A stretch of DNA of 64,000 bases from Thermodesulfobacteriota bacterium (GTDB taxonomy: Bacteria; Desulfobacterota; Desulfarculia; JACQYL01): contig CAXXLZ010000002.1 of the NCBI GenBank assembly GCA_963675595.2, positions 896,001 to 960,000 on the forward strand. Direction: 5' to 3'. Below the pieces are notes generated by a model. That model saw nothing but the letters and a program-made list of their open reading frames with translations. It did not search any database and was not told where the DNA came from. The position numbers were made by a program, and so were the translations under genes. Below are positions 19,601-28,604 of this stretch, in pieces (position 1 is the stretch's first letter; each line of letters starts with the position of its first letter).

Positions 19601-20572
19601 ATCTTGGTGACTTCCGTCACACTCCTATCTGGCGCCAATACGGCGCACCTTTTCGAGTTCATCGCACCAGATCACCGCTTTACCGAAAGCATCAATAGTT
19701 GCAGTAGCTTGCCTCATTTTTCGCTCGCTCTCTCCGACGAGAGAACCTTTCAAAGCGGACAAATCCAACCGGATGAGCGGCCATCCGAGGATCGAGGCCG
19801 CAGCTTTGCAGGAGAGCGATTTCCCGCAGCCCGGCACCCCGACCAAAAGCAACGCCTTGGGTCTTGGCAGATGATCATTGCCGGGCTCGAAGGCTTTTTT
19901 TCGGTTATTAATGTACTCCTTCAGGAGATCGAGGCCTCCGACTTCCTCGATCGAAACCGGCGGCCAAAACTCCATCAGTCCCGTGCGTTTGATCATCTGC
20001 TTTTTCTGCTCGGTAACGATCTCCCTGCAGAACCGTTTTCGTTCCACCAAAGACCGCGCAAACGCGGTCTCAGCCTCGAACTCGGTAAGTCCCAGGGCGG
20101 CTTCCACAGCCTCCACGTCGGCTTCGATCCCGACGCTCTCCCCGAGCTCTTCCTGAATCCTGCGAAGCTCCAAAGCCCCGGGAAGTTCGAAGTCCAGCAT
20201 CGTGAAATACTTTTCCAATTCCGACGGCAGACTTACCTGAGGCCCAACCAAGACCAGACAACATCCTTGGCCTTTCCAGGAGGGCAGGCTGTTCTGGATT
20301 TCCTGGATGATTTCCACGGAACCCAAGAAGTGGTGGAAGTTGTAGACAAACAGCACCGTGTCCTCTTTTCCAGAAAGCCACTTGAGACTGCTCAATGGAT
20401 CACTGGAATCGTCGTTTCGCATGCCGGACTGCAAATCCACGATGCCGCGTTGACAATCCCAGGAAAAAGTCCTCCAGCCTTCGGGTCGAATGGAGCCGAT
20501 CGCTCGATCCGGTTCGAGGGTGACGATGTAAAGCGCCGGATACCCGGCTTTGAGATAACTCGAAATGTCCAT
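16605..20572 (-). CDS. Ycf46-like AAA ATPase split by a group II intron (exons 20572-19649 and 17087-16605; 468 aa spliced)
   Basis: GVPGCGKS Walker A; Walker B WCDELEK joins in frame to VLSGV; ATANDISGLPPEFLRSGRFD second region of homology. Confidence 0.88.
17088..19648 (-). mobile_element. Complete group II intron (2561 nt), ML/Ll.LtrB-like
   Basis: 5' GTGCGCCG at 19648; domain V GAGCCGTATGCGGTGAAAGCCGCACGTACGGTTC (17175-17142); 3' ...CCTACCCTAC at 17088; in-frame exon junction. Confidence 0.92.
17177..19039 (-). CDS. ltrA: Group II intron reverse transcriptase/maturase with HNH endonuclease
   Basis: RPLGIP, GTPQGG, YIRYADD, domain X, CEFC...EVHH...LCVHCH. Confidence 0.95.
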   Translation of the reverse strand: MLMLSATTIKRLNALGKLSKQGKRVNGLFRLMENPTLWEDAYANIYSNKGAMTKGVDGVTLDGFSDERAKNIIKLLKDGRYKFKPSKRVYIPKANGKLRPLGIPSGDDKLIQEVTRAILERIYEPIFSDRSHGFRPERSCHTALRYLQKYWTGVKWIIDMDIRGFFDNIDHKVLIRLLEKRIDDRRFINLIKAMLKAGYIDDWKYHATYSGTPQGGIISPILANIYLHELDEFMESLVQEFNKGKRRRRNEEYLRYQYLVRRQRIRFARAQQAGETEKLKEIEAELREHCRMRRLVPSLDFHDEGYKRLMYIRYADDFLIGMIGSKEDCRQVMQTVRGFVQEHLRLQISEEKSGLRHCTEETRFLGYDITTYPVGKSVKVKLGGTYTTRRLGAGRIQLKVPSDKMAAFCKKNGYGNYENFEVMPRLNLVNLMDTQILTIYNAELRGFANYYVLAQGAVRALQKLQSVWFRSLTRTFARKHRCSKRTVRRRLKVEPGEYAITEWYHGKLRTTRLFRLKDLKFYRSSLLQNLDSVPNTKKYRATYSDILSRLRAQKCEFCGRAGGYFEVHHAGSMSAVADGNEPWKELMRERNRKTLVLCVHCHRQLHDGTLPDLRFPGKCK

Positions 20573-20694
20573 ATCGTTCTCCTTCTATCTGTTAACGAAA
20601 AAAGGGCCGCTTCCAGCACACGGCCGGAAACAGCCCACAAAAAAAGCGGCCGAAGCCGCTGCCGTCTATAATTTTTGATTCTTTTCTTCTTTGT

Positions 20695-20994
20695 TCAGAA
20701 GAGATACTCTTCCACGAGTTCGTAGGGAAATTCCTCCACTTCCGCTTCTTCGTTGAACTGCTCGAGCCTGCCTCTGCCGGCCACCGGCTCCTCCACCGTA
20801 ACAGCCCTGCAGAGGATCAAATGCCCGCCGAATCTTTGTCGCAAAACCCCGAGTTCCGAAACCGCCTCGACCGGGTCTCGAAATCCAACCGGGTCATCCT
20901 GACCCACCACCATGGGCCCCAGCGGATGTCGGGGATTGATGATGATGTAGATCGCTTCCTCGTTCTCGTTGAATCCGACTGACCGCATAACCAT
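20695..20994 (-). CDS. Hypothetical protein
   Basis: AAAGGAG RBS; co-oriented within the module. Confidence 0.55.
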   Translation of the reverse strand: MVMRSVGFNENEEAIYIIINPRHPLGPMVVGQDDPVGFRDPVEAVSELGVLRQRFGGHLILCRAVTVEEPVAGRGRLEQFNEEAEVEEFPYELVEEYLF

Positions 20995-21067
20995 TCTCCT
21001 TTCATAATAAGAAACAAAAAAACCGCCCTAAGACGGCTACTGATTTATTCCCGGACAAGAAGTTCAA

Positions 21068-21385
21068 TCAGGCCCGGACTCGAATCTTGTCCACCTCCTT
21101 GACCTTCTTGGGCTCCCAGTAGAGGTCGCGATCCACTTCGAATCCCGGCCTCACCTTCAACTTTCGAAGTTCGCTGAAGGAGATATAGCCCCACTCGGCC
21201 ATTTCCGGGTCACCCAGGATCGCGTAACCCCAGAACAGGTCCTCTCCGTCATATTCCACGACGTACCAGTCAAAGGCTCCAAGGAAAAAATGCAGCCTGA
21301 CCAGCTTATCTTCGATGGGGGTTTGCTCGGTCTCATAGAGCCTCGGAAGCCTGTCCAATTCCTCTTTCGTCGGTATGTTCCACAT
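21068..21385 (-). CDS. DUF2958-like protein
   Basis: LPRLYETE...HFFLG..DWYVVEYD...EWGYISFSEL...DRDLYW. Confidence 0.85.
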   Translation of the reverse strand: MWNIPTKEELDRLPRLYETEQTPIEDKLVRLHFFLGAFDWYVVEYDGEDLFWGYAILGDPEMAEWGYISFSELRKLKVRPGFEVDRDLYWEPKKVKEVDKIRVRA

Positions 21386-21521
21386 GGTAAATCACCTCCT
21401 GCTTTTTCAATTCTCCGCCGCAGAATACGCAGCGGCACTGATCGAGATAGGGAAACTCCCTTCCTTCGATGAAAACTTGAAGGAAGTACTCACTGCCGCA
21501 AAACCGGCACTGAATCCGCAT
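21333..21521 (-). CDS. Small zinc-ribbon protein
   Basis: AGGAG RBS; CRFC...CVFC. Confidence 0.45.
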   Translation of the reverse strand: MRIQCRFCGSEYFLQVFIEGREFPYLDQCRCVFCGGELKKQEVIYHVEHTDERGIGQASEAL

Positions 21522-21531
21522 GACGCTCCTC

Positions 21532-21813
21532 CTAAAACAAGCTCGTGTGATCTCCGCAGTAGGGGCAATATCGATCACCGAAGTCGTTGTAATCGATCCC
21601 CAAAAAGAGCCACTCGATTCGGTAGATGTTTCCGCAACGCCCGCAAGTTGCCGGCTCGGGCCGATCCCTGCAGGGCTTCCGGAGCATCTTCTTCCGGTTG
21701 AAACAACTGCGGCCGCAGCTCTCGCAGATTTCCCATTCATCGAATACCTGAAGGATTCCGTTGCACTCCGGGCACTGCTTCTCTTCAACATTCACGTAAA
21801 GCGCATGATCCAT
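21532..21813 (-). CDS. Small double zinc-ribbon protein
   Basis: CPEC, CESC, CGRC, CPYC; AGGAG RBS. Confidence 0.6.
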   Translation of the reverse strand: MDHALYVNVEEKQCPECNGILQVFDEWEICESCGRSCFNRKKMLRKPCRDRPEPATCGRCGNIYRIEWLFLGIDYNDFGDRYCPYCGDHTSLF

Positions 21814-21893
21814 TTCTTTCTCCTGAAACAAAAAAAGGCCTGGAACCATTGGTTCCCGCCTCGTTAGGTCGACACTGTCCACCTGCCGTATGA

Positions 21894-22349
21894 TCAATGA
21901 GTTTTGATGACGCCCCGTTCGGACAGACTTTCAAAGCGGCCTTCATCGCCCACGACCACATGATCCACCACCCCGACATCGAAGAGTTCGGCACACCGGG
22001 TGAGTTTCTCGGTGATCGCGATGTCTTCGGCGCTGGGTTCCGGGCATCCGCTCGGATGGTTATGGATGAACGCCACTTTAGCGGAGTTACTCAGGAAAAC
22101 GGCCTTGAATATTTCCCTTACCGACAGAATGGTCTGGCTCAAGGTTCCCACGCTTACCAGATGGATGCAGTTCACGTAGTTCTTGACGTTCAGGCAGACC
22201 AGGATAAACATCTCCCGGTCCGCGTTTCCTATGAACTTGCGCGCGATGTCCGCCAAGTCCGGCGGTCCCCGGATGGGCTTCTTCCCATAGGGGATCGAGC
22301 CGTCCCGAACCATTTTGACACTCACGATATCGATTCTTTCCTTCATCAT
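21894..22349 (-). CDS. radC: RadC-like JAB domain protein
   Basis: DREMFILVCLN...HNHPSG.PEPS.ED...DHVVV. Confidence 0.9.
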   Translation of the reverse strand: MMKERIDIVSVKMVRDGSIPYGKKPIRGPPDLADIARKFIGNADREMFILVCLNVKNYVNCIHLVSVGTLSQTILSVREIFKAVFLSNSAKVAFIHNHPSGCPEPSAEDIAITEKLTRCAELFDVGVVDHVVVGDEGRFESLSERGVIKTH

Positions 22350-22421
22350 AGAAACCTCCCTGGAAAACCCTTGATTGGGGCTGTCCACAATGCTCGGACA
22401 GCCCGTGAACTCGAGGTTGCC

Positions 22422-22679
22422 CTAAGACGGAATGTCGTCTCCGGGCTGACCCATCGACTTGATGCCGAAGTCCAGGAATGCCTGCCGAAACAATTCCGAG
22501 GCGGTCGGGAGATCACTCGCCCGAAGATTGGGTGAGGTCTTCCAGTTGCCGTCGGCGTCCTTGAACACGCGTTGAAGACTGAAGGTCTGGTAGTTTCCTT
22601 TTGCGCCGTCGTTTTCCCAGACACTGACGACGACTCCGTTTGCCCGATACTTCCTCACCGGTTTGTTGCTCTCACTCAT
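22422..22679 (-). CDS. Small putative ssDNA-binding protein (PC4/SpoVG-like pattern)
   Basis: KPVRKYRANGVVVSVWEN...LQRVFKDADGNWK. Confidence 0.6.
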   Translation of the reverse strand: MSESNKPVRKYRANGVVVSVWENDGAKGNYQTFSLQRVFKDADGNWKTSPNLRASDLPTASELFRQAFLDFGIKSMGQPGDDIPS

Positions 22680-22772
22680 GATCCTTCCTCCTCTTTCGTT
22701 GATATGATGCTCTAACAGCCGCTCCACCCGCAGCGGATGCACAGCGGACATCGTCCGTCGCGGTGGAGAATT

Positions 22773-23072
22773 TCACCGCAGTCCGGACATCGCTCGATCC
22801 TGATCTGGGGCGGTTTCATCGGTTGCTTCATTTCCGAGGTAATGGATCGCCTTTTTGACGGTTTCTTGGTGATCATAGAATTCATCCAACAGCTCCTTTC
22901 TCTTGGGTAACTCATTGGTTTTGAAGATTTCCTTTGCTTCGAGATGCAGGCCGATCAGGCCCAGTAACAGCTCCGCTCCGAATTGATGGCACGGCTGGAC
23001 CGTCTGCACCGCTTCCCGCCACTCGCGTCTCAGGCAAAAGAGGCCCCGACGCAACTTGGACGACGCATTCAA
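22773..23072 (-). CDS. Hypothetical protein
   Basis: GAGGTGA RBS before a TTG start; first ORF of the module. Confidence 0.4.
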   Translation of the reverse strand: MNASSKLRRGLFCLRREWREAVQTVQPCHQFGAELLLGLIGLHLEAKEIFKTNELPKRKELLDEFYDHQETVKKAIHYLGNEATDETAPDQDRAMSGLR

Positions 23073-23286
23073 GATTCACCTCGTCTCTTTGGCTAGAGTG
23101 TTCGTTGTCATCGAAACGTGTGATTGAAGCTCTCGCTAAAACGAATGGGATACGTGCCGTCTTCAGGGACGGCGCGCCTTAAACGGTGGGTACAGGCTTC
23201 ACCCGACAAAATCGCTATTGGTGTTCCGGGGAAACCCGCATTGGTGACACGGATCGCTAAGCGCCTGGCTCTGCAAAGGTGTCCGC

Positions 23287-25311
23287 TTAACGTTCCGTTT
23301 TTTCGGTGAGCGGGATGGGAATGATTTTTTCGATGAAGTCCTTGGCGAGGTAGGCTTGAATGCCTTGAATCGTAAGGAATGATTGGATCTTGGTGAGGGC
23401 TTCGGGGTTCGTCGCGATCATGAACTTCTGAATGGAGGCATGGTTCGAGAGCGTCTCGATGTTCTTCCTGATGTCCGATTTGCCGGTCTCGACCTGAACC
23501 GCCAAACCACCGTTCCAGTCGGCCACGAGATCCAGGTTGTCCTTTTCCAGGAACACTCGGCAGGAAGCGCCAAGCGCCAGTCTGATTCTTTCGACCCAGT
23601 AGTTGTGCTCCAAACCGCCCCGAACTCGAGAATTCTCGAGTTTCAGGCCTTCTCTGTGGAGGTGCTCCACAGCCTGCGGCGTCAATTCAAAGAGCCGGTT
23701 TCGGTCCACAAGGACTTCCTTGAGCAGGCCTTTCGTGAGGAGACCGTCCAGGCAGAGAGTTCCCTCCCGAGGGTTCATTCCGAGCTTCTTGTAACGTTTT
23801 TGAACTCCGTCGAAGGGATGATGCGCGATGTCATCCAGCAGAATCCGCTCCATGGGGGAGAGTGTTTCCGAGCTTGAAATCTCATGAAAGGAGTTTATTT
23901 CCGGCTCTAGAGCTTGGTTTGGATGTTCATTTACTGAAGAAGAGTTTATTCTAGTTTGTATGACTTTATCCCGGACCATTCCCTTGTCGATTTTGAATTC
24001 CGGCACCGTTATCAGGAACGGAAACGGGACCCTTCCGGTCTTCACAATGGCCTCTCCGACCTTGAGCATGCCGTAGTAAGTCTCATTCCCGGTGGGAATG
24101 AGCTGGGAACGGCTCAAACTCGAAAAATCTTGAGACAGAGAGGTTTGAAAGCCGATCCGGGTGTAGACATTCCCAAGGGCTGAGACTGAGACTTTGTGGG
24201 GATGCTGATCAAGAATCACGATGCCTTCCCCGAGTTCCCTGATCTCCCTCATCATGACGTCGGTGATATCCTCTTCCTTGCTCGTTCGAAGAAGCAGGTG
24301 ATGGGCTTCCTCGATGACGATCATGTGCTTCAGAATCTCCCTTTCCGGCTCCTGCATCCGGTAGAAGTAGATCCAAAGAAGCAGGCTTCCGATGATGAAG
24401 GTCTTGTCCGAATCCGAAAGTCCGTCCAGCTCCAGGATCACGTTTTTCCGGAGCAGTTTTGGGATTGAAATGGGACTGAGACTGGGACTGAGAGCGGGAT
24501 TGAGCTTGGGAATAGGACTGGGATTGGGACTGGGACTGAGACTGACGCCGGGGGATTGAAAATTCACAACCTCGTTCAGGCCCGGGAAGGTGAGACTGTT
24601 CAGGGTTCTCTTGGCCGAACTCAGCCAAAGCATTTCTCTGCCACGGCGGTTTTGCTTGTCGATATACCGCTTCATGTCCGCGAAGGTGGGGAGACTCATG
24701 GCGTCCATCAAGACGTCCGACGCTCCCGGACCTAACAGATAAGCCTTCTCGATAATCTCCATCAGTTTCTTCGACCAGATGTGAGACTCCACTCCGGGCG
24801 GAGGAATCTTTGGATTGAAACGGAAAGGGCTGACCTCCCTTCCCACGGTAAAGATCAGAATGTCCTCGCTGCGGAAATCCGGATGTGTCAAAAGGTCCCG
24901 GTAGTTTCGTTTCCAGTCGAAGATCAGAAACGGGATTCTAGCTTTCACGAACTCCCGCAGAAGATTCATGCAGGCTGTGGTTTTTCCGGAGCCGGTCTGT
25001 CCGAAAAGACCCACATGGCGAATCAACTCCTCCTTTCTGAGACCGAAAGGGCAGAGCTTCCTGCCGCAATAGGAGACATGTCCGAGTTGCAATTCCCCGG
25101 CCGCCTCATTCTTTCCCGGCGGCGGCAGCATAACGGCGTTTTCGAACGCCACACCCGTGTGCTGCAGAAGCATGGAATCGACCATGGATTCGATCTCTCT
25201 CTTAGCTCTTGGATTCTCCTCCATCTGATAAAGCGACCACAAAGCCCGAAGCTCTCCTGAAGAGACAAAAGGCTCGAGCCGTCTCAGCTTTTCGGCGACG
25301 GTTACGATCAT
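23287..25311 (-). CDS. DUF87/HerA-VirB4-like ATPase with C-terminal winged-helix and degenerate nuclease-like domain
   Basis: GQTGSGKT, IFDWKRNY, IVIEEAH, RELGEGIVILDQ; C-terminal GGLEHNYW...DLVA...AVQVETGKS. Confidence 0.8.
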   Translation of the reverse strand: MIVTVAEKLRRLEPFVSSGELRALWSLYQMEENPRAKREIESMVDSMLLQHTGVAFENAVMLPPPGKNEAAGELQLGHVSYCGRKLCPFGLRKEELIRHVGLFGQTGSGKTTACMNLLREFVKARIPFLIFDWKRNYRDLLTHPDFRSEDILIFTVGREVSPFRFNPKIPPPGVESHIWSKKLMEIIEKAYLLGPGASDVLMDAMSLPTFADMKRYIDKQNRRGREMLWLSSAKRTLNSLTFPGLNEVVNFQSPGVSLSPSPNPSPIPKLNPALSPSLSPISIPKLLRKNVILELDGLSDSDKTFIIGSLLLWIYFYRMQEPEREILKHMIVIEEAHHLLLRTSKEEDITDVMMREIRELGEGIVILDQHPHKVSVSALGNVYTRIGFQTSLSQDFSSLSRSQLIPTGNETYYGMLKVGEAIVKTGRVPFPFLITVPEFKIDKGMVRDKVIQTRINSSSVNEHPNQALEPEINSFHEISSSETLSPMERILLDDIAHHPFDGVQKRYKKLGMNPREGTLCLDGLLTKGLLKEVLVDRNRLFELTPQAVEHLHREGLKLENSRVRGGLEHNYWVERIRLALGASCRVFLEKDNLDLVADWNGGLAVQVETGKSDIRKNIETLSNHASIQKFMIATNPEALTKIQSFLTIQGIQAYLAKDFIEKIIPIPLTEKTER
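24461..24546 (-). repeat. Hexamer (CAGTCY-like) microsatellite, in frame inside the ATPase gene
   Basis: Encodes SLSPSPNPSPIPKLNPALSPSLSPISIP. Confidence 0.8.
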
Positions 25312-26078
25312 TGGAACTCCCTCTCACACCAACCCCCGCATAGACAGGGGTAGTCCTCTTCACGCTCCGACCGGGTCAGCTCGTGCATTCGGCGGATTTC
25401 TTCCGCAGCCCAGTCAACCAGTTCTTGGGTAGGCTTGAAAATCTTGGGATTGTCTTTGGAGGATGGGAATTTCAGGAAATGAACTGAGACTCGATCGGGC
25501 AGCTTTCCGTTCACTTCCTGCTCGAGGAGGGCGTAGATCGCAAGCTGGAGTTTGATATCCGGCGAGATGTCCTGGTATTTCGAAGTCTTATAATCCCTGA
25601 TCTCGACGAATTCTCGAGAATAACGGGCATCCACGATGCCTTGGGCACCATGAAGTTGACTCACGAGCCGTTTTTCCGGCTCCGGCGGGCTTCTTCCGCT
25701 GCTCATTTCGCGGATAAACTGGTGAAGCCAGTTCAACGCCATCTTCCGAGCCTCAACAAGTTGGCCTTCGGCCTCGTCCCTATGGCCGCAGAGCGTCTGA
25801 ATCTCGAGAATTCTCGAGTTCCACAGGAAATCCACCCTGTCCAGTATTCGCCTTCGCGCATCTGCGTAGGGCGCTTCGAGAAACTCGGGAGTATATTCCC
25901 GAACAAAGGCTTCCGCAGCCTGGTGAACCACCTGCCCCACGATGAAGCACATCTTGGGTTTGGTCTTCAGTTTCCTGACGTATCTAAGGTAGAACTTTCT
26001 CGGGCATCCCCACCGGAACTGCGCATCCTTCTTGTAGGAGAGAATGGCCGACGGGCTCAGGATTCGTTTGAAGGTCAT
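25308..26078 (-). CDS. PD-(D/E)XK (Cas4/AddB-like) nuclease
   Basis: LSPSA...CPRKFYLRY, G.VVH, GIVDA, IRDYKT, QLAIY, C-terminal CLCGGWC. Confidence 0.88.
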   Translation of the reverse strand: MTFKRILSPSAILSYKKDAQFRWGCPRKFYLRYVRKLKTKPKMCFIVGQVVHQAAEAFVREYTPEFLEAPYADARRRILDRVDFLWNSRILEIQTLCGHRDEAEGQLVEARKMALNWLHQFIREMSSGRSPPEPEKRLVSQLHGAQGIVDARYSREFVEIRDYKTSKYQDISPDIKLQLAIYALLEQEVNGKLPDRVSVHFLKFPSSKDNPKIFKPTQELVDWAAEEIRRMHELTRSEREEDYPCLCGGWCEREFQ

Positions 26079-26236
26079 TTTGATCGGTCAAAACGGCTCC
26101 GCACCTGCATTTCCCTCACAAAGTACACGATCACTTTTTCCAGTTGATGTTTTTCCATGGCGAGCGCGAAGGCTCCCGGCACTTCATAGAGCTTCTCCAC
26201 GTCCGTCATGGTGACGTCCTTATATTGGTATTTCAT
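26075..26236 (-). CDS. 53-aa hypothetical protein, below the ORF-track cutoff
   Basis: MKYQYKDVTM...RFDRSK; fills the operon gap exactly, with an ATGA overlap to the nuclease gene. Confidence 0.6.
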   Translation of the reverse strand: MKYQYKDVTMTDVEKLYEVPGAFALAMEKHQLEKVIVYFVREMQVRSRFDRSK

Positions 26237-26238
26237 TC

Positions 26239-26760
26239 TCAGGTTTTTCCTCCCAGCAGCTTGGCCTTGTCCTCTATCGACCTCCGGTACTCCACGGTAT
26301 CCCTGAGTTCCTTGCCCAAAAACAGAATGTCCCTGAAATAGGCGGCAAGTTCCATTCTCCGGTCCCGCTCGAGATCGATCTTCCGCGTCTCCAATCCGAT
26401 CCAGTCCCGGTCCCTTCGATAGACCTTGTAGCCCATCTCGAAAATAAGGTTCTGGCAGGCGCAGAGATCCCGCTCGATGCCGTAGAGGTTCTCCTCCTTG
26501 ATCAGCCTCCGCTTATCGATGGCTTCGATCACGGCTTCGATCCGATCTTCCGTCCTTTGAATCTTCGCTCCCAACATCCCTTCCAGGCTCGGAACCCCCA
26601 CATTTTTTTCGGAGGGCACACCTTCGTAAACAGAAGGGGACGCCAAGTACGACGCTCCGCTTCCGTAAGGGGAGACCAAGTAGGACGCGCCGCTTCCGTA
26701 ATCCCGTGTGGCCCGCATGGGAGAGTACGAATCAAGCCGCGAAAAATAATCATCACTCAT
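26239..26760 (-). CDS. Coiled-coil hypothetical protein
   Basis: First gene of the operon; duplicated YGSGASYL(V/A)SP motif. Confidence 0.65.
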   Translation of the reverse strand: MSDDYFSRLDSYSPMRATRDYGSGASYLVSPYGSGASYLASPSVYEGVPSEKNVGVPSLEGMLGAKIQRTEDRIEAVIEAIDKRRLIKEENLYGIERDLCACQNLIFEMGYKVYRRDRDWIGLETRKIDLERDRRMELAAYFRDILFLGKELRDTVEYRRSIEDKAKLLGGKT

Positions 26761-26779
26761 AAGTAGTTGAAATCAGCTT

Positions 26780-26797
26780 CTTATATAAAAAGCTTTC
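26780..26797 (-). promoter_or_regulatory. Archaeal-type BRE-TATA promoter (leaderless)
   Basis: GAAAGCTTTTTATATAAG; TTTATATA starts 29 nt before the SD-less ATG at 26760. Confidence 0.55.
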
Positions 26798-26881
26798 CCT
26801 TTTTCCCGCTCAAATGAACGACCCGAAGCCAAACAGCTACACACGAATCCCTTTCAGAGGCCACTTACTGGTCAATGGCGG

Positions 26882-27838
26882 ATGAAATTGGAAGGCGTCC
26901 CCGCCGTCCCCAACCCCGAACGAAAGGAGGAGATATCCGATCAAAAAACGCTGCGCCTTAACCCCTTTTCGAAAAAGGAGACCCAAGCCATGGCTGCAAA
27001 AGCATCCTGTGGAAGGAGAAATCCGCCGGCATTGAAGAGCGGCAACACCGGTCATTACGACCTCGATCTCATGCTCGGCCATTCGCCCTTCCAGCCCCTC
27101 ATGCCCGTGGAAGCGTTGAAGCGCGCTCAAAATCATGCCTGGCTCTCGAAGAAACTGAAAAGAACCTTCGAGGAAAACGTGGCCTGCGGCATGAACTCGG
27201 TTCTGGAGGGATGGCCTCTCCAGGCTGAAACACGCCTCTGCAAGGCTCTTCAGGCCTTTGACGACGACAGGATCAAGCGCGTCACAGGCGCCTTGAAAGA
27301 GGTCTATTACAACGGCGGCCTCATGGGACACGTGGAGTCGCTTCAGCCTCCCATCCGACTCAAAGGAAAGGACTTCGTCTGGCACGGCGAGTTGGTGGGA
27401 GGAATGCGGGAATTTTCCAGAGACGATCAGGTCATTCCGTTCAAGATTCACGAAAGGATCGTTTACCTGAGGGAAGCCGGTATTCGGTTCCCGGAATACG
27501 CGATGTTCGTTCCCGGTGAATCCTTTGACCCCTCCAAGAAGGAACTGGCCAGGCAGGAACTCGGCAAGATGGGCAAGGAACTCGTCCTTGCCGCCAAAGC
27601 CACGGGTACCGCTGTGAAGGTAACGGCCAAGGCCGTGTTCGACGAGACCAAGGCAGTGGCGAGAACGGTCGGAAAAGCACCGGGGCTTTTCGCCGGCGCA
27701 TTTGCCGCCGTGCCCACGGCCATTGCAATCCCCATGGCTCTTGCGGCGGTTCCCGACCCGATCTTGTGCGGGGTCATTCGTCTGTCCAATCCCAAGACCG
27801 GAGGCTATGTCCTCATCAACCTCGGCAAATGGATCTAA
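26882..27838 (+). CDS. Hypothetical protein
   Basis: 318-aa ORF with hydrophobic C-terminal segment, followed by a hairpin at 27847-27873. Confidence 0.6.
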   Translation: MKLEGVPAVPNPERKEEISDQKTLRLNPFSKKETQAMAAKASCGRRNPPALKSGNTGHYDLDLMLGHSPFQPLMPVEALKRAQNHAWLSKKLKRTFEENVACGMNSVLEGWPLQAETRLCKALQAFDDDRIKRVTGALKEVYYNGGLMGHVESLQPPIRLKGKDFVWHGELVGGMREFSRDDQVIPFKIHERIVYLREAGIRFPEYAMFVPGESFDPSKKELARQELGKMGKELVLAAKATGTAVKVTAKAVFDETKAVARTVGKAPGLFAGAFAAVPTAIAIPMALAAVPDPILCGVIRLSNPKTGGYVLINLGKWI

Positions 27839-27893
27839 TGCCTCAAACCCGCCCCTCGATTCCGGGGGCGGGTGCGGGAAAGGAGGATCGTGT

Positions 27894-28598
27894 ATGGCAG
27901 GATTTGAAGACTTACCGTCGGGAGTGGTCTTGGGAAGAAACGGCAGGCCTGAAGCGGATTCATGGAGTGCCTGGTATCTGCGAGCGCTCCATTGGCAGGT
28001 CATGATGCTCTTCTTTGTCGTTGTCGCGCTTGTCGGTCACTACATGATCGCCCGGTACGGTATCGCTTCCAAGGACTTCCTGGTGTTCGTCCTGGTCTCG
28101 GGTCTGGTCTTCTGGGCCTTGATCCTAAGGGCGTTTTTCATCCTGAGAGGATTTCTGCAACCGAGAACAAGGCTCATCGCAAGCATCCTCTGTAGCGCCC
28201 TCATCCTGGCTCTTCCCTATCTCTACTTCGTCAATTCGGGAGCCGGGTTTTCCTTCGAGGGTCTGCTGAACGCCATCCGCCTGCCGGATTATGTCTTCCG
28301 TAAGGAACCGGTGCATTCGGTGCCCTACGATCCCTGGGACCCGACCCACGGTTACGTGACCTACAAACTGAATCCCTATGCCGAAGTCGTCCTCCGCGAC
28401 AAGGACGATCATGTGATCTCTTCCTTCGAGACCCACTACCGCTTCAACCAGAAGCTCCCTGCCGGTTGTTATACCCTGGAGATGAATTACCTGGGACGAA
28501 ACATCCAGGACAAGATCATTGTCCGGGCCGGGGAAAGGTACGTGGTCAAAGCCAACATGTTCAGAATGGACACCGAGATCTTCGGGGAGGGAGGATGA
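27894..28598 (+). CDS. Membrane protein (3 predicted TM) with a C-terminal PEGA-like beta domain
   Basis: AAAGGAGG RBS; hydrophobic helices; KLPAGCYTLEM...IIVRAGE. Confidence 0.65.
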   Translation: MAGFEDLPSGVVLGRNGRPEADSWSAWYLRALHWQVMMLFFVVVALVGHYMIARYGIASKDFLVFVLVSGLVFWALILRAFFILRGFLQPRTRLIASILCSALILALPYLYFVNSGAGFSFEGLLNAIRLPDYVFRKEPVHSVPYDPWDPTHGYVTYKLNPYAEVVLRDKDDHVISSFETHYRFNQKLPAGCYTLEMNYLGRNIQDKIIVRAGERYVVKANMFRMDTEIFGEGG

Positions 28599-28604
28599 GT
28601 CGCC

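Noticed and set aside
24461-24562. TTTCAATCCC repeats resembling CRISPR repeat starts near a Cas4-like gene
   Set aside because: Only two 10-mers inside a coding microsatellite; no spacer periodicity and no cas1/cas2
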